IMG/VR virus record: IMGVR_UViG_3300032329_000471
Location: 64,001-121,793 of that record
Direction: 5' to 3' (one strand)
From: a virus
Taxonomy: Duplodnaviria > Heunggongvirae > Uroviricota > Caudoviricetes
DNA length: 57,793 nucleotides
Under the pieces are notes generated by a model that had not been told where the DNA came from, searched no databases, and worked only from the letters and a program-made list of their open reading frames with translations. Positions 9,483 to 20,900 of the stretch are shown here, in pieces. Numbering within the stretch: position 1 is the first letter of the stretch; each line of letters opens with the position of its first letter. Both the position numbers and the translations under genes were made by a program.

Positions 9483-12400
9483 ATGGCAACTTTTTTGAGT
9501 GGTATGACCGATATAAACTCGGCTCCCCAATTATTCACACCCGATTATAATTTTTTAAGATATACATTAGAAAAACGCACTCAAAACTATGAACAAGGTT
9601 TGAGTCAAGTATCTAGTGCTTATAACTTTTTAAATAGTGAATTATCTAGTCCTATTAATACAGAACGTAGAAATCAATATTTAAAAAACGCTCAACAACA
9701 ATTACAAAGTATATCATCATCTGATTTATCACAACAACAAAATGTTGCTGCGGCTAATGATGTATTTGCTCCAATGGTTAATGATAAAGCTTTTTTGTTT
9801 GATGCTACAGCTACCGCTAATAATAAAAAACAATTAGCTGAAATGGAAAACTGGAGAACTTCTTCAAATATTGAAGAACGTAAAAAGTTTAATCAAGATA
9901 TTTATAATTGGGTTAGAAGAGATATGGATAGTCTTAGAAATGATAAGACTGGAGATATATCTAAATATAAATGGGAAGGTAGAAAAGCTTTTGGATATGT
10001 TGATCCTATAGAACTTGTTGAAAAAGCAGCAAAAGATCAAGGTGTTAAGTTTGAAGATGATATAGATGGTGGTACATATATATATACTGTGGAGAATGGA
10101 GAGATGCATAGAAAAAAGTATAAAGCTTTTGCTAAAGAAGTTTTAGCTAATAACTCGGTTTTTCAACAACAAAATCAAATACTTGGACAATCTAGATCTG
10201 AAAATCTACTCGAATTAGTCAAATCTAAACCTGAAAATATTGGTAAATCAGATGATCAGATAAAATATGAATATGGTTTAAATCATTATGATCAAGCTAA
10301 AACTATAAAAAAAGATTATTTAAATAATTTAAAAAAAGAAAATGAAGATAAACTTGCTGATTTAACAACAGCTAGAGCTGTTGCAGGTAATCTACCAGAT
10401 GGTTCTTCACAAAAAATGTTAGCTGTACAAAAAGCTAACGCTTTAGAAATGGAGTTTAATAATTTAAAATCTCAATATGAAGATGGTTACAACTCTTTTA
10501 TTACACAATTTGGGAAAGATGATGATCCTAATGCTATAAGTAAAAGATTAGAATATGGTGAATCATTTAAAGGTAGAGGTGCTGAACAAATATTTACTAA
10601 TGAGTTTCAAGAAGACGCTGTAAATAAATATGCGAATCTTAGATCGTCTTACGGTACTAAAAAGATAAAAGAAAACCAAGCTTATTTTAAAGCTAATGAT
10701 GAACTTAACAATAGTATTAAAAATCTAAATAACTTTTTATTACAAAGTAAAGGACTTGAGATTAAACAAGAAGGTCAAGATCTTAAAGAAAGACATGAGG
10801 ATTTTATAGAGAATTTAAAAACTGGTAAATTACCTGGAGCTGATTCACCAACTGGAGAAGGAGCTACAGGTAATGGTAAAAATAAAGTGAGTAATGTTTC
10901 ATCTTATGGTGGAACTAGTGCTACACAAATTAGTATAGTAAATAGTTTAGATAATCTTAAAACTCAATTAGGAACATCACTTAGTGCATCTCTTACATCT
11001 TTAATTGGAGGACCGGGTGCTGGTCAAGGAGCTATAGGTATTCTTCCATCATTAGGTATAGACGTAAAACATATACCAGCTTTAAGGTCTTATTTTCAAA
11101 AAGCTCTTTCAGCTAATGCAACAGATGGTCATAGTATTACATATGATCAGAATGAAGCTAATGCTCTTAATGCTTTAAATCAAGGATTAAGAAACTATGC
11201 TGTACAAACTGGTAATAAAGATTTAGCTGATAAAGTAGCAAGTGAATGGAAAAAATCTTTAGGTACAACAGATTGGACAGGTATGTTAGATCTTTGTATT
11301 CCTAAATTAAAATGTACTGAAGAAAACTGGAGATATATAAAACAATATGAAGATCATAAATCATTAATGAGTAATACACTTCAGTTAAGTACTTTAATTA
11401 ATTCATCTGAAAAAGCTGTTGTTTCTCAGTTAGCTAAAAATATAAAAGTTAATCCAGAAATTAGTAATCTTTTAACTGATGATAATACTAAATTAATAAA
11501 TCAATTAACAGTTGAAGGGTGGTTTAAATCTAATAAAAAAAGAATTGAAGATGCTAATGGTGGAATACCACTTACTGATTCAGACATAAAAGAAATATCA
11601 GCTGCTTTTATAAATGGAAAATTAAAAGCTTCTACTACTACTTTTTTATTTGGCGCAAATATGGATGTTCTTGGTGGAGATCAAGAAAGTGCTACATTTA
11701 GAAAACTAGAATATAATAATAAAAAATTATCAATACCATCTGATATTTTAAGAGCTGAACCAGATGCTTATATAAAACTAAAAAAAGAAATAGGAACACG
11801 TTATCCTATTCCTGGATTAAGTAGTGATTTTTTACAAAAAGGAGCAATGGCCTCAGCTGTTTTTAATATTCGTGGTAAAGATAAAGATGAAACAATGAGT
11901 GATCTTGTTTCTGTTACTCAAGCTAACTCTGAAGTATGGGAATATAAAGATGGTACTGATATACCTACACCAGTAGCGCCAGAAGATGCTTTAAATATAA
12001 GAAGGATATTAGCTAATTATAAAGAAAATGTAGCTGATGAAGGTGTTAAGATTTATCCTAGATCTTCTGCTAACAATGGATTAGCTATAGAAGTTGTTTT
12101 TGATCCAAAAGAAAAAGATGATAGTAAATATAAAAAACGTTATTTATTTCCTATTAATGTAGATCAAGGAAGTCCTGAGATATTTAAAATATACAATGAA
12201 GTAAATAAAGTAGATAAGTATTCTAGAATAAAAAATGCTGAAACATTTGAACCAAAACCTATCTTTGATTATTCAAATATGGGAATAAAGATAGAAATGC
12301 AACCAGCTATGAAAGGAGCTGATCATGGCTCATATATAGTTTATGCTCAATTAGCTGATAAAACAACAGGAGTGTATGGATCTGATCTTGTAAAGAGTCC

Positions 12401-12584
12401 TTATGATTATCAATATGATTTTACTAAAGAAAGTTTTGAAGAATTTGAAAATAGACTGATGTCAACTGTAATTAATCCATATATTGTAACTCGTATAAAA
12501 TCAGAAAAAGATAGAGCTGGATCATCTAATCCAACAATACCATCTTATACATTACCAACCTTTAACTATCCACTATTAAAATAA
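9483..12584 (+). CDS. Putative virion cargo/ejection protein
   Basis: 1033 aa with a helical N-terminal half; lies in the uninterrupted virion operon upstream of the RNAP; no catalytic motif recognised. Confidence 0.45.
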   Translation: MATFLSGMTDINSAPQLFTPDYNFLRYTLEKRTQNYEQGLSQVSSAYNFLNSELSSPINTERRNQYLKNAQQQLQSISSSDLSQQQNVAAANDVFAPMVNDKAFLFDATATANNKKQLAEMENWRTSSNIEERKKFNQDIYNWVRRDMDSLRNDKTGDISKYKWEGRKAFGYVDPIELVEKAAKDQGVKFEDDIDGGTYIYTVENGEMHRKKYKAFAKEVLANNSVFQQQNQILGQSRSENLLELVKSKPENIGKSDDQIKYEYGLNHYDQAKTIKKDYLNNLKKENEDKLADLTTARAVAGNLPDGSSQKMLAVQKANALEMEFNNLKSQYEDGYNSFITQFGKDDDPNAISKRLEYGESFKGRGAEQIFTNEFQEDAVNKYANLRSSYGTKKIKENQAYFKANDELNNSIKNLNNFLLQSKGLEIKQEGQDLKERHEDFIENLKTGKLPGADSPTGEGATGNGKNKVSNVSSYGGTSATQISIVNSLDNLKTQLGTSLSASLTSLIGGPGAGQGAIGILPSLGIDVKHIPALRSYFQKALSANATDGHSITYDQNEANALNALNQGLRNYAVQTGNKDLADKVASEWKKSLGTTDWTGMLDLCIPKLKCTEENWRYIKQYEDHKSLMSNTLQLSTLINSSEKAVVSQLAKNIKVNPEISNLLTDDNTKLINQLTVEGWFKSNKKRIEDANGGIPLTDSDIKEISAAFINGKLKASTTTFLFGANMDVLGGDQESATFRKLEYNNKKLSIPSDILRAEPDAYIKLKKEIGTRYPIPGLSSDFLQKGAMASAVFNIRGKDKDETMSDLVSVTQANSEVWEYKDGTDIPTPVAPEDALNIRRILANYKENVADEGVKIYPRSSANNGLAIEVVFDPKEKDDSKYKKRYLFPINVDQGSPEIFKIYNEVNKVDKYSRIKNAETFEPKPIFDYSNMGIKIEMQPAMKGADHGSYIVYAQLADKTTGVYGSDLVKSPYDYQYDFTKESFEEFENRLMSTVINPYIVTRIKSEKDRAGSSNPTIPSYTLPTFNYPLLK

Positions 12585-12588
12585 GTTT

Positions 12589-15500
12589 ATGGCAGATAAT
12601 ACAATTCAACCGTCTGGGCTTAGTCTACAATCTAATACATTAGATTCAATAGGTCAGACAGGTAGAGATTTAGCTTTAGGTCAAATGAAGGATATAGCGT
12701 CAAGTTATACAAATGATACACCTACAAATCTTATCAATGGTCAAACAATAACTGATTTAATAAGTAAAACTAGCGCTAATCAAGCGTTAAATACATCGTT
12801 ACAAGGTGGTATTGATTTAAATAATTCTAAAAAAAATAATAATCATTTTGATGTATTTGCTGCAGCTGATAAAATGAATCAAGAAATGTTAGCAGCTCCT
12901 CCATCATTTGACTTTTTAAAACAAAGTAAAGGAATTGGTACTGGAGAAGATTATTCAAGATATTCTCAATCTGGAAACTTTCAAGCTTTTGGTTATACAC
13001 CGGGAGCTGGAGATAGACAAGAATATAAATACGGTGAAGCAATGACCTGGGGTGATACCATTGGTAGAGCCATTGGGGGTGGTGCTAATTTAGCTTTAGA
13101 AACTTTTGAAGAAGGTTGGAAAGGTTGGGGAAGAATGACCAGCGCTTTATTTAATTGGGATTCTTCTAAACTTATGGGAAGTGAAGAAGAACGTTATGAT
13201 TTATCTAAACAACAAGAAGATATATTTAACAAGTATGCACTATACGATACTAAAGATTCTAAAGATAGTGTTTGGAACCGACAGTTTTTTGGTAGTATGT
13301 TACAACAAAGCGGTTTTGCTATAGGAGCCGGTTTACAGTTTGCTTTAGAAAGTTTTTTAACAGCTGGTGTGGGTACTGTTTTTGAAGGTATAGGTGTAGC
13401 TAGTATGGGATCTAACTTTATAAAAGCTAGTGAGCTTATTAATGATACTCGTAAAGTTTCTTCAGAATTATTAAGATCAGAAAGAGTTACATCCAGTATA
13501 GCTAATATAGCTAAAGAAGTTGTTCCTCTTTATGGAACTATTGATGAAATGTTAAAGCTTAATAAAGCTGGAGCTGGAACTTTACAATTAGCTATGACTG
13601 GTATAGGAGGAGTTAAAAGAACTCTTAGTGAGTTTAATATGGCTCGTTCAGAAGCTATATACGAAGCGGCTTCTACATATAAACAATTACAAGATAAACT
13701 GGTAAATAATTATATACAAGAGAATGGTAAAGAACCTAGCAGTGACGATTTAGAAAAAATAAAACAAACAGCTGAAAACGCATCTCATGATAACTTTTGG
13801 GTTAATATGGGAGTGTTATCTGTTATGAATAGAATGCAGTTTGATAATATGTTTAAAAGTTTTAACTCTACAAGACGTATATTCAATGAAGGTGTACATG
13901 AACTAGAAAATGAAGCTTATAAAGTAAGTATTAAACAAGGTGAAAAAGAACTTGAAAAAGCTTATGCTAAACATTGGTTCTTTGGTAGTCTTGGTGCTGT
14001 ACCTGAAATATCTAAAGATTTTGGTAAAAAAGCTGCAGCTTGGGAAGCTACTAAAATATTAGGTAAAGGGTTAATGAAAATAGAAGGTAGTGAAGGTTTA
14101 CAAGAACTTATACAAAGTGCTTCTGACAAAGGTCTTGAAGATTACTACTATGATTTATATCATGGGTCTAAAGGATATGGTGACACCAGTCTACAGAAAC
14201 GTTTAGATAAATATGATTATATTAAATCTGGTTTTATTGATCAAGTTGGTAGTGAAGAAGGTTTAAAGACGTTTTTAATGGGAGCTTTAACCGGAGCTTT
14301 ATTATCTCCAGGATCAAAAGTTATTGAACATGTAAATGAACTCAGAGCTGATTCTAAAGGAAGAAAAGAAGATGCTGAATATCAAACAAGATATCAGAGA
14401 GCTAAAGAAAATATAGCTTTAGTAAATGAATGGTATACTAGTGATAAAGCTAAGTTTAAAAACGAATGGATTGCTAATATTAAAATACAAAATAAAGCTG
14501 CTCTATCAATGGAAGAAGCAGCTAAAAATCATAATAAGTATGTATTCTACAACTATAAAGATAGCGCATTTGCTAAAATGGTTGGTAGCGCTATAAAACT
14601 TAATATGTATGATTCTGTAAGAGATAGTATTAAAGAATTAGGTGATGATATAAAAACAGACGAAGAATTTAAACAAGCGTTTAATATGGATCCTACAAAG
14701 GAAAACCGTAGTAATGTAAAAGCTTTTATGAATAATATTGCTGGACAACTGGATGAGTATTATACAACCTATAGTAACCTTAAAGATAAGTATGGTGATA
14801 TAGTAATACCAGAGTTATATAAGAATAATGATAAAGAAACATATAATCAAATAAAGTTATCTAAACTTGCTGTAGATGATGCTATAGAAATATTAACTAC
14901 TAATGTTCATAAAGCTAAACAATCTGTTAAAAGAGCTGTAGCTTTACAAAAAGAACTTGGTGAAAACAAAAATATAGGAGGATCATCTATTCAAATTCTT
15001 ACTAGGATGGGTAGTGAACAAGCTATAAAAGATAGTATTAATACTTTAACATCAGAGATTAAGAATCTAGAACAATTTGATGGTACTATTTCTAAAGAAC
15101 AAAAAGAACTTCTTAAATCTAAAAAAATAGAACTTGAATTGACTAACGCGTGGAAAGATGCTCATGATTCTATTATGAGTAATGATGAAGAATCATTTTC
15201 TCCAGCTGTTGAAAGAAGAGCTTATAACACTTTTAAGGATTTAGTAAATCATTTTAATGAACAGTCTAAATTATCTACAGTTCTTTCTAAAGAAGATGTA
15301 GATGATAACTTTATAAAATTTGTTGATTATATAAAACTCAATAAAGATAATAAAGCTTATGTTGATGCTGTTAACCTATTAGCTGATCCTAAAAACTTTA
15401 AGCTTGTAACAGCTTCTATGAAGTCAGCTTATGAAAAAGTAAATGAGATATTTCATAAAGAACACGTTGAAGAAATAAAAAAAGCTTCAGGTATACCAGC

Positions 15501-17913
15501 TGAGGATCTTAAAGAAGAAACAAAGACTACTTCAAAAACACCAGCTGCTACACCAGGAGCTGTAGAAACAAAAGAAGAACCTACTGAACTTGTATATGAT
15601 ATAAATCATTTTAAAGATTTTATTAATGAAGAGTATGATAATGAGAAGAAAGAAAATGAAAACTTTACATTATCTAAGAATGAGTGGATAAAAAGTGGTG
15701 CTGTTAATAGACATATAGCAGCATATAACATGTTACATAATGCTAAATACAGTTCTGAAGATTTAGAAAAAAAAGCTGACAAAAAAACTGAAGCTCCTGT
15801 TCTTGAACCTAAACCAGAAAAAAAGGTTATAGGTAAAATGTTGTTTGATGGTAAAGTTGGAAGAATAGTAGAGAAAAATATAATATCACCGGCAGATTTA
15901 GCCAACCCTGATATTGAAGAAAAAAAATCAACTTTTACATATTTAGATGATGAAGATAAAGAACATCATGTAGAGATGTTCTTAAAAAAGAATGAAGAAG
16001 GTATATATGTACCAGAAGATTTTGTTAATGCTGACACAGGTGAAATAATAGATGTACAACCGTATACACCTACACAAGAACAACAAAAGAAAGAACCGGT
16101 TACTAAATCTGAAACAAAAGAAAGTGTATTAAAAGAAGATACTCCAACTGGAGAAAGACCTTCTAATGAACCATACACTGCAGAAGGTGTGGTAAAAGAT
16201 ATTGATCAACCAGGTTTAAACAAAAGAAGTGAGATTGAAAAGATAGCTCAAGAAGCTGAAGAAAGTACTGAGCATATTTCAAGAGCTAAACAAGTTGCTC
16301 CTTTTAACTCATTAGCTAATGCTACAGATTTAACCACGGTTGTTGTAGATACTAATACAAATACACAACGATATGAAAGAGGTGAAGTTAATAAAAACTA
16401 TATAGGTTCTGTAGCTACATCTCAGTTTATGCCAGGAGCTTTTGTTACTTATAAAGTTATTACAAATCAAGATGAACCTGTAGTTAACAGACTTACCGGT
16501 GAAACTTATAATATCAAAGATAACTTTGATGAGAAAGGTAAAATTAAAGAAGATAAGTATGACAAAACTCCTATTGGTGTGTATGCAACATTCAATGGTA
16601 AAGAAGAGCTTATAGGTCATTTACACGAACCATCTTGGATAGAAACTAAGAAGGGTGATAACTATGTTCACATTGCAATACCAGATGATCAAAAAGGAAT
16701 GAAGGTTCCTACAGTTGTAGCTGATCAAGTAGAAAAGAATAAACAATTAAGAAAGAAAATCATTAGCGAATTCAATAAAGATCCTAACTTTGTATTTAAC
16801 GCTCAAGTGAGTGATAAATCAATAGGTATGATAAGATTAGTAAATGAGTTAGGATTGTTAAAAGATAGAGTTAATCCTGAAATAGGTAAGGGCGGTATTG
16901 AAAATAGACATGGTATGTTTGGTATTGTAAGGGGTGGTAATATTCATATAGATTCAGAAACTATAGGAAATGTTATATCAACAAAAGCTTTTTCTCTAGA
17001 GAATATAAGCAAATACGAAGGTATACCTGTATTATTGATTCCTACACCAACAGGTGAATTATTTCCTTCATTTATACAAATACCTAGAGTTGCTAAAGAT
17101 CAAGCTCAGTTTATATCTAGAGCGTGGAAAGCTTTTACAGATAAAACAACAACAGACACTGAAATAGTTGATGCTGTTTATAAAGCCATGGGAGCTACAT
17201 ATACAGAAGGTGATAAACCAGATGTATTCATGTTGAAAGACTATATTAACGCTTATATAACGATGCTTTCTGCAAAAAGTATTATAAAACTTAGTAATAA
17301 GAATCCTAATATACCGTTAGGATCAGCTAGACTTAATATTACAAAAGATGGTATGTTACAATTTATAGCTTATTTAGATAGTAAAAAAGGTGTTGAAAAA
17401 CATTATGTCTCACCTGGAAATAATATATCATCAGAGTTAGAAACAAAGTTTGAAAAACTTCTTACTACAGTTAAATTTTCAGAAAGAGGATTATCACAAG
17501 GTATTAATAGTGAGAAATCTATTACAGCTTTATCTGTAAAAGATGGTAAGCTTAAAGTTGATACTATGCCATATAATCAGTATATTATGGAGAGAGCCTC
17601 TACATTTATAGATAAGGGAATCCCATCTAAAAATAATAACAATGACTGGATATATTTTGCTAATCCAGTTATCAAAATGGATATTATTAATAAACCTGTA
17701 GAAGATATTACTACTTTTCAACAAAAAGAAGAAGTTAAATCTGAGACTCCTGTTACAGCAGAGAGTGTATCAGAAGCTCCAAAAGAAACAGCTGCTCAAA
17801 AGCTTTTAGCTAAACTTAATGCTGTAAAGATTTCTGATAAAGAAGTAGAAGATGCTAAAGATAAATGTAGTGGTATTACTCAAGCAATGAATGATTTAGA
17901 AGAACTATCTTAA
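12589..17913 (+). CDS. Large virion cargo/ejection protein (RNAP-associated)
   Basis: 1774 aa. Gly/Ala-rich hydrophobic segments near the N-terminus, an EGSEGLQEL motif and long coiled-coil regions; directly precedes the virion RNAP. Confidence 0.5.
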   Translation: MADNTIQPSGLSLQSNTLDSIGQTGRDLALGQMKDIASSYTNDTPTNLINGQTITDLISKTSANQALNTSLQGGIDLNNSKKNNNHFDVFAAADKMNQEMLAAPPSFDFLKQSKGIGTGEDYSRYSQSGNFQAFGYTPGAGDRQEYKYGEAMTWGDTIGRAIGGGANLALETFEEGWKGWGRMTSALFNWDSSKLMGSEEERYDLSKQQEDIFNKYALYDTKDSKDSVWNRQFFGSMLQQSGFAIGAGLQFALESFLTAGVGTVFEGIGVASMGSNFIKASELINDTRKVSSELLRSERVTSSIANIAKEVVPLYGTIDEMLKLNKAGAGTLQLAMTGIGGVKRTLSEFNMARSEAIYEAASTYKQLQDKLVNNYIQENGKEPSSDDLEKIKQTAENASHDNFWVNMGVLSVMNRMQFDNMFKSFNSTRRIFNEGVHELENEAYKVSIKQGEKELEKAYAKHWFFGSLGAVPEISKDFGKKAAAWEATKILGKGLMKIEGSEGLQELIQSASDKGLEDYYYDLYHGSKGYGDTSLQKRLDKYDYIKSGFIDQVGSEEGLKTFLMGALTGALLSPGSKVIEHVNELRADSKGRKEDAEYQTRYQRAKENIALVNEWYTSDKAKFKNEWIANIKIQNKAALSMEEAAKNHNKYVFYNYKDSAFAKMVGSAIKLNMYDSVRDSIKELGDDIKTDEEFKQAFNMDPTKENRSNVKAFMNNIAGQLDEYYTTYSNLKDKYGDIVIPELYKNNDKETYNQIKLSKLAVDDAIEILTTNVHKAKQSVKRAVALQKELGENKNIGGSSIQILTRMGSEQAIKDSINTLTSEIKNLEQFDGTISKEQKELLKSKKIELELTNAWKDAHDSIMSNDEESFSPAVERRAYNTFKDLVNHFNEQSKLSTVLSKEDVDDNFIKFVDYIKLNKDNKAYVDAVNLLADPKNFKLVTASMKSAYEKVNEIFHKEHVEEIKKASGIPAEDLKEETKTTSKTPAATPGAVETKEEPTELVYDINHFKDFINEEYDNEKKENENFTLSKNEWIKSGAVNRHIAAYNMLHNAKYSSEDLEKKADKKTEAPVLEPKPEKKVIGKMLFDGKVGRIVEKNIISPADLANPDIEEKKSTFTYLDDEDKEHHVEMFLKKNEEGIYVPEDFVNADTGEIIDVQPYTPTQEQQKKEPVTKSETKESVLKEDTPTGERPSNEPYTAEGVVKDIDQPGLNKRSEIEKIAQEAEESTEHISRAKQVAPFNSLANATDLTTVVVDTNTNTQRYERGEVNKNYIGSVATSQFMPGAFVTYKVITNQDEPVVNRLTGETYNIKDNFDEKGKIKEDKYDKTPIGVYATFNGKEELIGHLHEPSWIETKKGDNYVHIAIPDDQKGMKVPTVVADQVEKNKQLRKKIISEFNKDPNFVFNAQVSDKSIGMIRLVNELGLLKDRVNPEIGKGGIENRHGMFGIVRGGNIHIDSETIGNVISTKAFSLENISKYEGIPVLLIPTPTGELFPSFIQIPRVAKDQAQFISRAWKAFTDKTTTDTEIVDAVYKAMGATYTEGDKPDVFMLKDYINAYITMLSAKSIIKLSNKNPNIPLGSARLNITKDGMLQFIAYLDSKKGVEKHYVSPGNNISSELETKFEKLLTTVKFSERGLSQGINSEKSITALSVKDGKLKVDTMPYNQYIMERASTFIDKGIPSKNNNNDWIYFANPVIKMDIINKPVEDITTFQQKEEVKSETPVTAESVSEAPKETAAQKLLAKLNAVKISDKEVEDAKDKCSGITQAMNDLEELS

Positions 17914-17922
17914 TAATAAAAT

Positions 17923-20900
17923 ATGCTTTGTCCTAATATAAAAAGTCCTAAGTGGCATAACCTTGTAGAAAAAATTGGTGAAACTAATGCTTGGAGAGAG
18001 TTCTTAGCTCATGGTGAAATACCAGAAGCTAATAAGTATGAACAATCTGAAGGTAATAAAATACAGTATTCTATTCGTACTAAAACTACAGAAGAGATCC
18101 AAGAAAGTTTAAAAAATGAAAATGTTAAAACTGGTAATACCATAAAGTATACAAATGCTGTTAAGTCAATGTTACTAGCAAGGATTGGTGATATTACTCC
18201 AAATGTAGAGTTAACAACTAATCCAACTACTGCTTTTAATAATATTAAAGATACTTTTAATAATATTAAAAATGGACTTATTTTATTAATGGATAGTGTA
18301 CCAGATGAAGCTACTTATAATGAGGTAGTATCATCACCAGAGTATTCTTCTGGTGAAATACAAAAATTATTACCAACACTTAAATATATTAAATCTTATG
18401 AAGATATAGGTAAAGCATTATCTATGTATTCTAGTTTAGTAGAAGACTTTGATAAGTATAAAGAATATGCTACAGCTGATCTTTCTAAACTAGGTGTTAT
18501 TATAAAAAATAACAAGATTACAAAAGTTGATACTAAAGATGAGAATAATGATAAAACAGATGATGAAAAAGATGAAATAGAAATTACAGCTGTTGAACAA
18601 GGTTCTCAATTTGCAGATGGTAGACAATTTCAAACAAATACAAGGGATACAGCTAGTCAAAGAGTAAAAGCTTTACTTCATACTATTAAAACAGGTGAAA
18701 CAGAATTTGGTCTTCCTTTATATGCTAGTCCAGATGATGTTAATGATGATATATTACACATTGGTTCTAAAATGAAACTTACAAACTTTGGTAACAATGA
18801 AAGTAAGTTGACTGAGTTTAATAAAGCTTTAGCTGAGCGCGCTGCAACAAGAACTTATTTAGGAGATTTACAAGCTAAGATTGCTAATTATATAAATAAA
18901 GGTGATACAACAGTTCTTAATCAGATAGTGACATATGCTACTAAAGCATATGCTAATGAAAACATCTTATTATATAAATCTGAAAGAATAGGTAATGATA
19001 TAACCGGAATTAGTAATGTTAAAATATTTGGAAATAATCGTGACTCTGTTGAAGAACAAGTAGCTAGAGATTGGGTTGCTAGTCATGTATCATCTAGTAC
19101 AGGGTTTTATATTACTAACGCATTAAATGAAAGATTTCCAAATCCAGTTAAAGTTGATCAATTAAAAAATATTATAGAAAAAGCTAAAGAAGTAAATAGT
19201 GATAAAAAAGAACTATTTAAAAACTTCTTTGATACACTTGGTATTACATTTAGTGACCAGGATATGAATGTTATATATAATAATCTTGCTACTAGTATTA
19301 GAAAAGGACAAACTTTTGATAGTTTGTTTGCGCCTAATAATATGTTGGATAATATATATAAGAGTTATAATGATAATTTAAATACTGCATTTGAAAATCA
19401 ATATGGTTTTCAAGATCAGGGTACGACTATGAGTAAGTTAGCTACTATGTACTATGATCTAAATCCTCAAAAGTATAATGTTGTATCTGCTACAAGCGCG
19501 GATGGTAAAAATAAATACCTTTATATAGAAACATCACATGTTGAAAATATAAAAAGAAACTGGGAAACTGATAGAGAAAAAGGTACCAGTACACATAGAG
19601 TGTTTAAATCTGCATTTGCTAAACCTAATTTAGACTTCTGGAATGATGCTAAAACAGGTAAGACTAAGTTTAAACTTGAATACTTTAACGGTAGCCGAGA
19701 TGAGTCATCTAATAGAGATGGTAAAGTAAGAAAAAACTTTACATCAAAAGAACAAACTGTTAGTATGTTTTTAAATCATCAAACAGCTAACACATATATT
19801 AGCTTTACCTTATCTGATAAAACATCTAGTTTACAAACAACTATAGATAAAGAATTCTTTATTGATTCTAAAAAGAAAGAAAGTGGTAGTTCTAATCCAA
19901 TGGGTAAGAATGTTGATTTTGGTATAAGTCAATCTACTGGAGCGGCTATATATAGTGAAGCATTTAAAAATAAACTATATATGAATCTTGTAGCTCCTGA
20001 AATATCTAGAATACAAGCTTCTATAAAAGCCGGTGATCGTATTAACGTAGAAGATTTTCAAACAGCTTCTAAGTTGTTTTATATTATTCCAAGTATTAAT
20101 ATTGATGAAAGACTTGAAGACTTTAGAAAAGATCTTTATGCTGGAAATAATGTATCTAAATATAGAGCTTTAATTGGTCAGGTTGTTTTAGATGATATGA
20201 TAAAGTCATCTGAAAAACAATTAGAAAAGTTGGTAGAAAATGATGTTATAAGAAGAAGTGATAAAGATGTATATACTTTTCATTTATTTAATAAAGACTA
20301 TGTAAATAGATTTAGACAAACAGGTTTGGTAAATAGAAACTTGGCTCTAACTATGATAATGGATCTAAAGACAAACTATATGAATGCTCAGGTTAAAAAC
20401 CTACAGTTTTTTGGTTTTGATCCTATGAATGCTTTCAAACGTTATAGTAAATCTTTTACAGAAACGGATATAACTAAGTTTACAGTTGATGATAAATTAA
20501 AATGTATAAACTCTACATGGGATGAGTTTTCTAAACGTGCGGCTGGTCTTATAGCTCCAGGATCTCAAGGAACCTGGATATGGAATAATGTTAATGGTAA
20601 AGAATATCGTAGTACAACATATAAAGCTGTTACAGCTAAAGATGTTAAAATAGCCGGTAGTGAAACAACTGATGCTCAAGAGTTTACTACAGTACAAGAA
20701 CATATAGATTTCTTAATGAGTGAAGGAGATATACCATTAAGTATATGGCAATCTATCCACGATAAAATAGAAGCAGCTAAAAATACAAAAGATAAGTATT
20801 ATGAACTTACAGGTAAAGAAATGGAATATCTGATGAGTCCTATTAAACCTGTACAGTTTGCTGATGTAAATGAAGCTGAAAATCTTAATAGGATAGATTA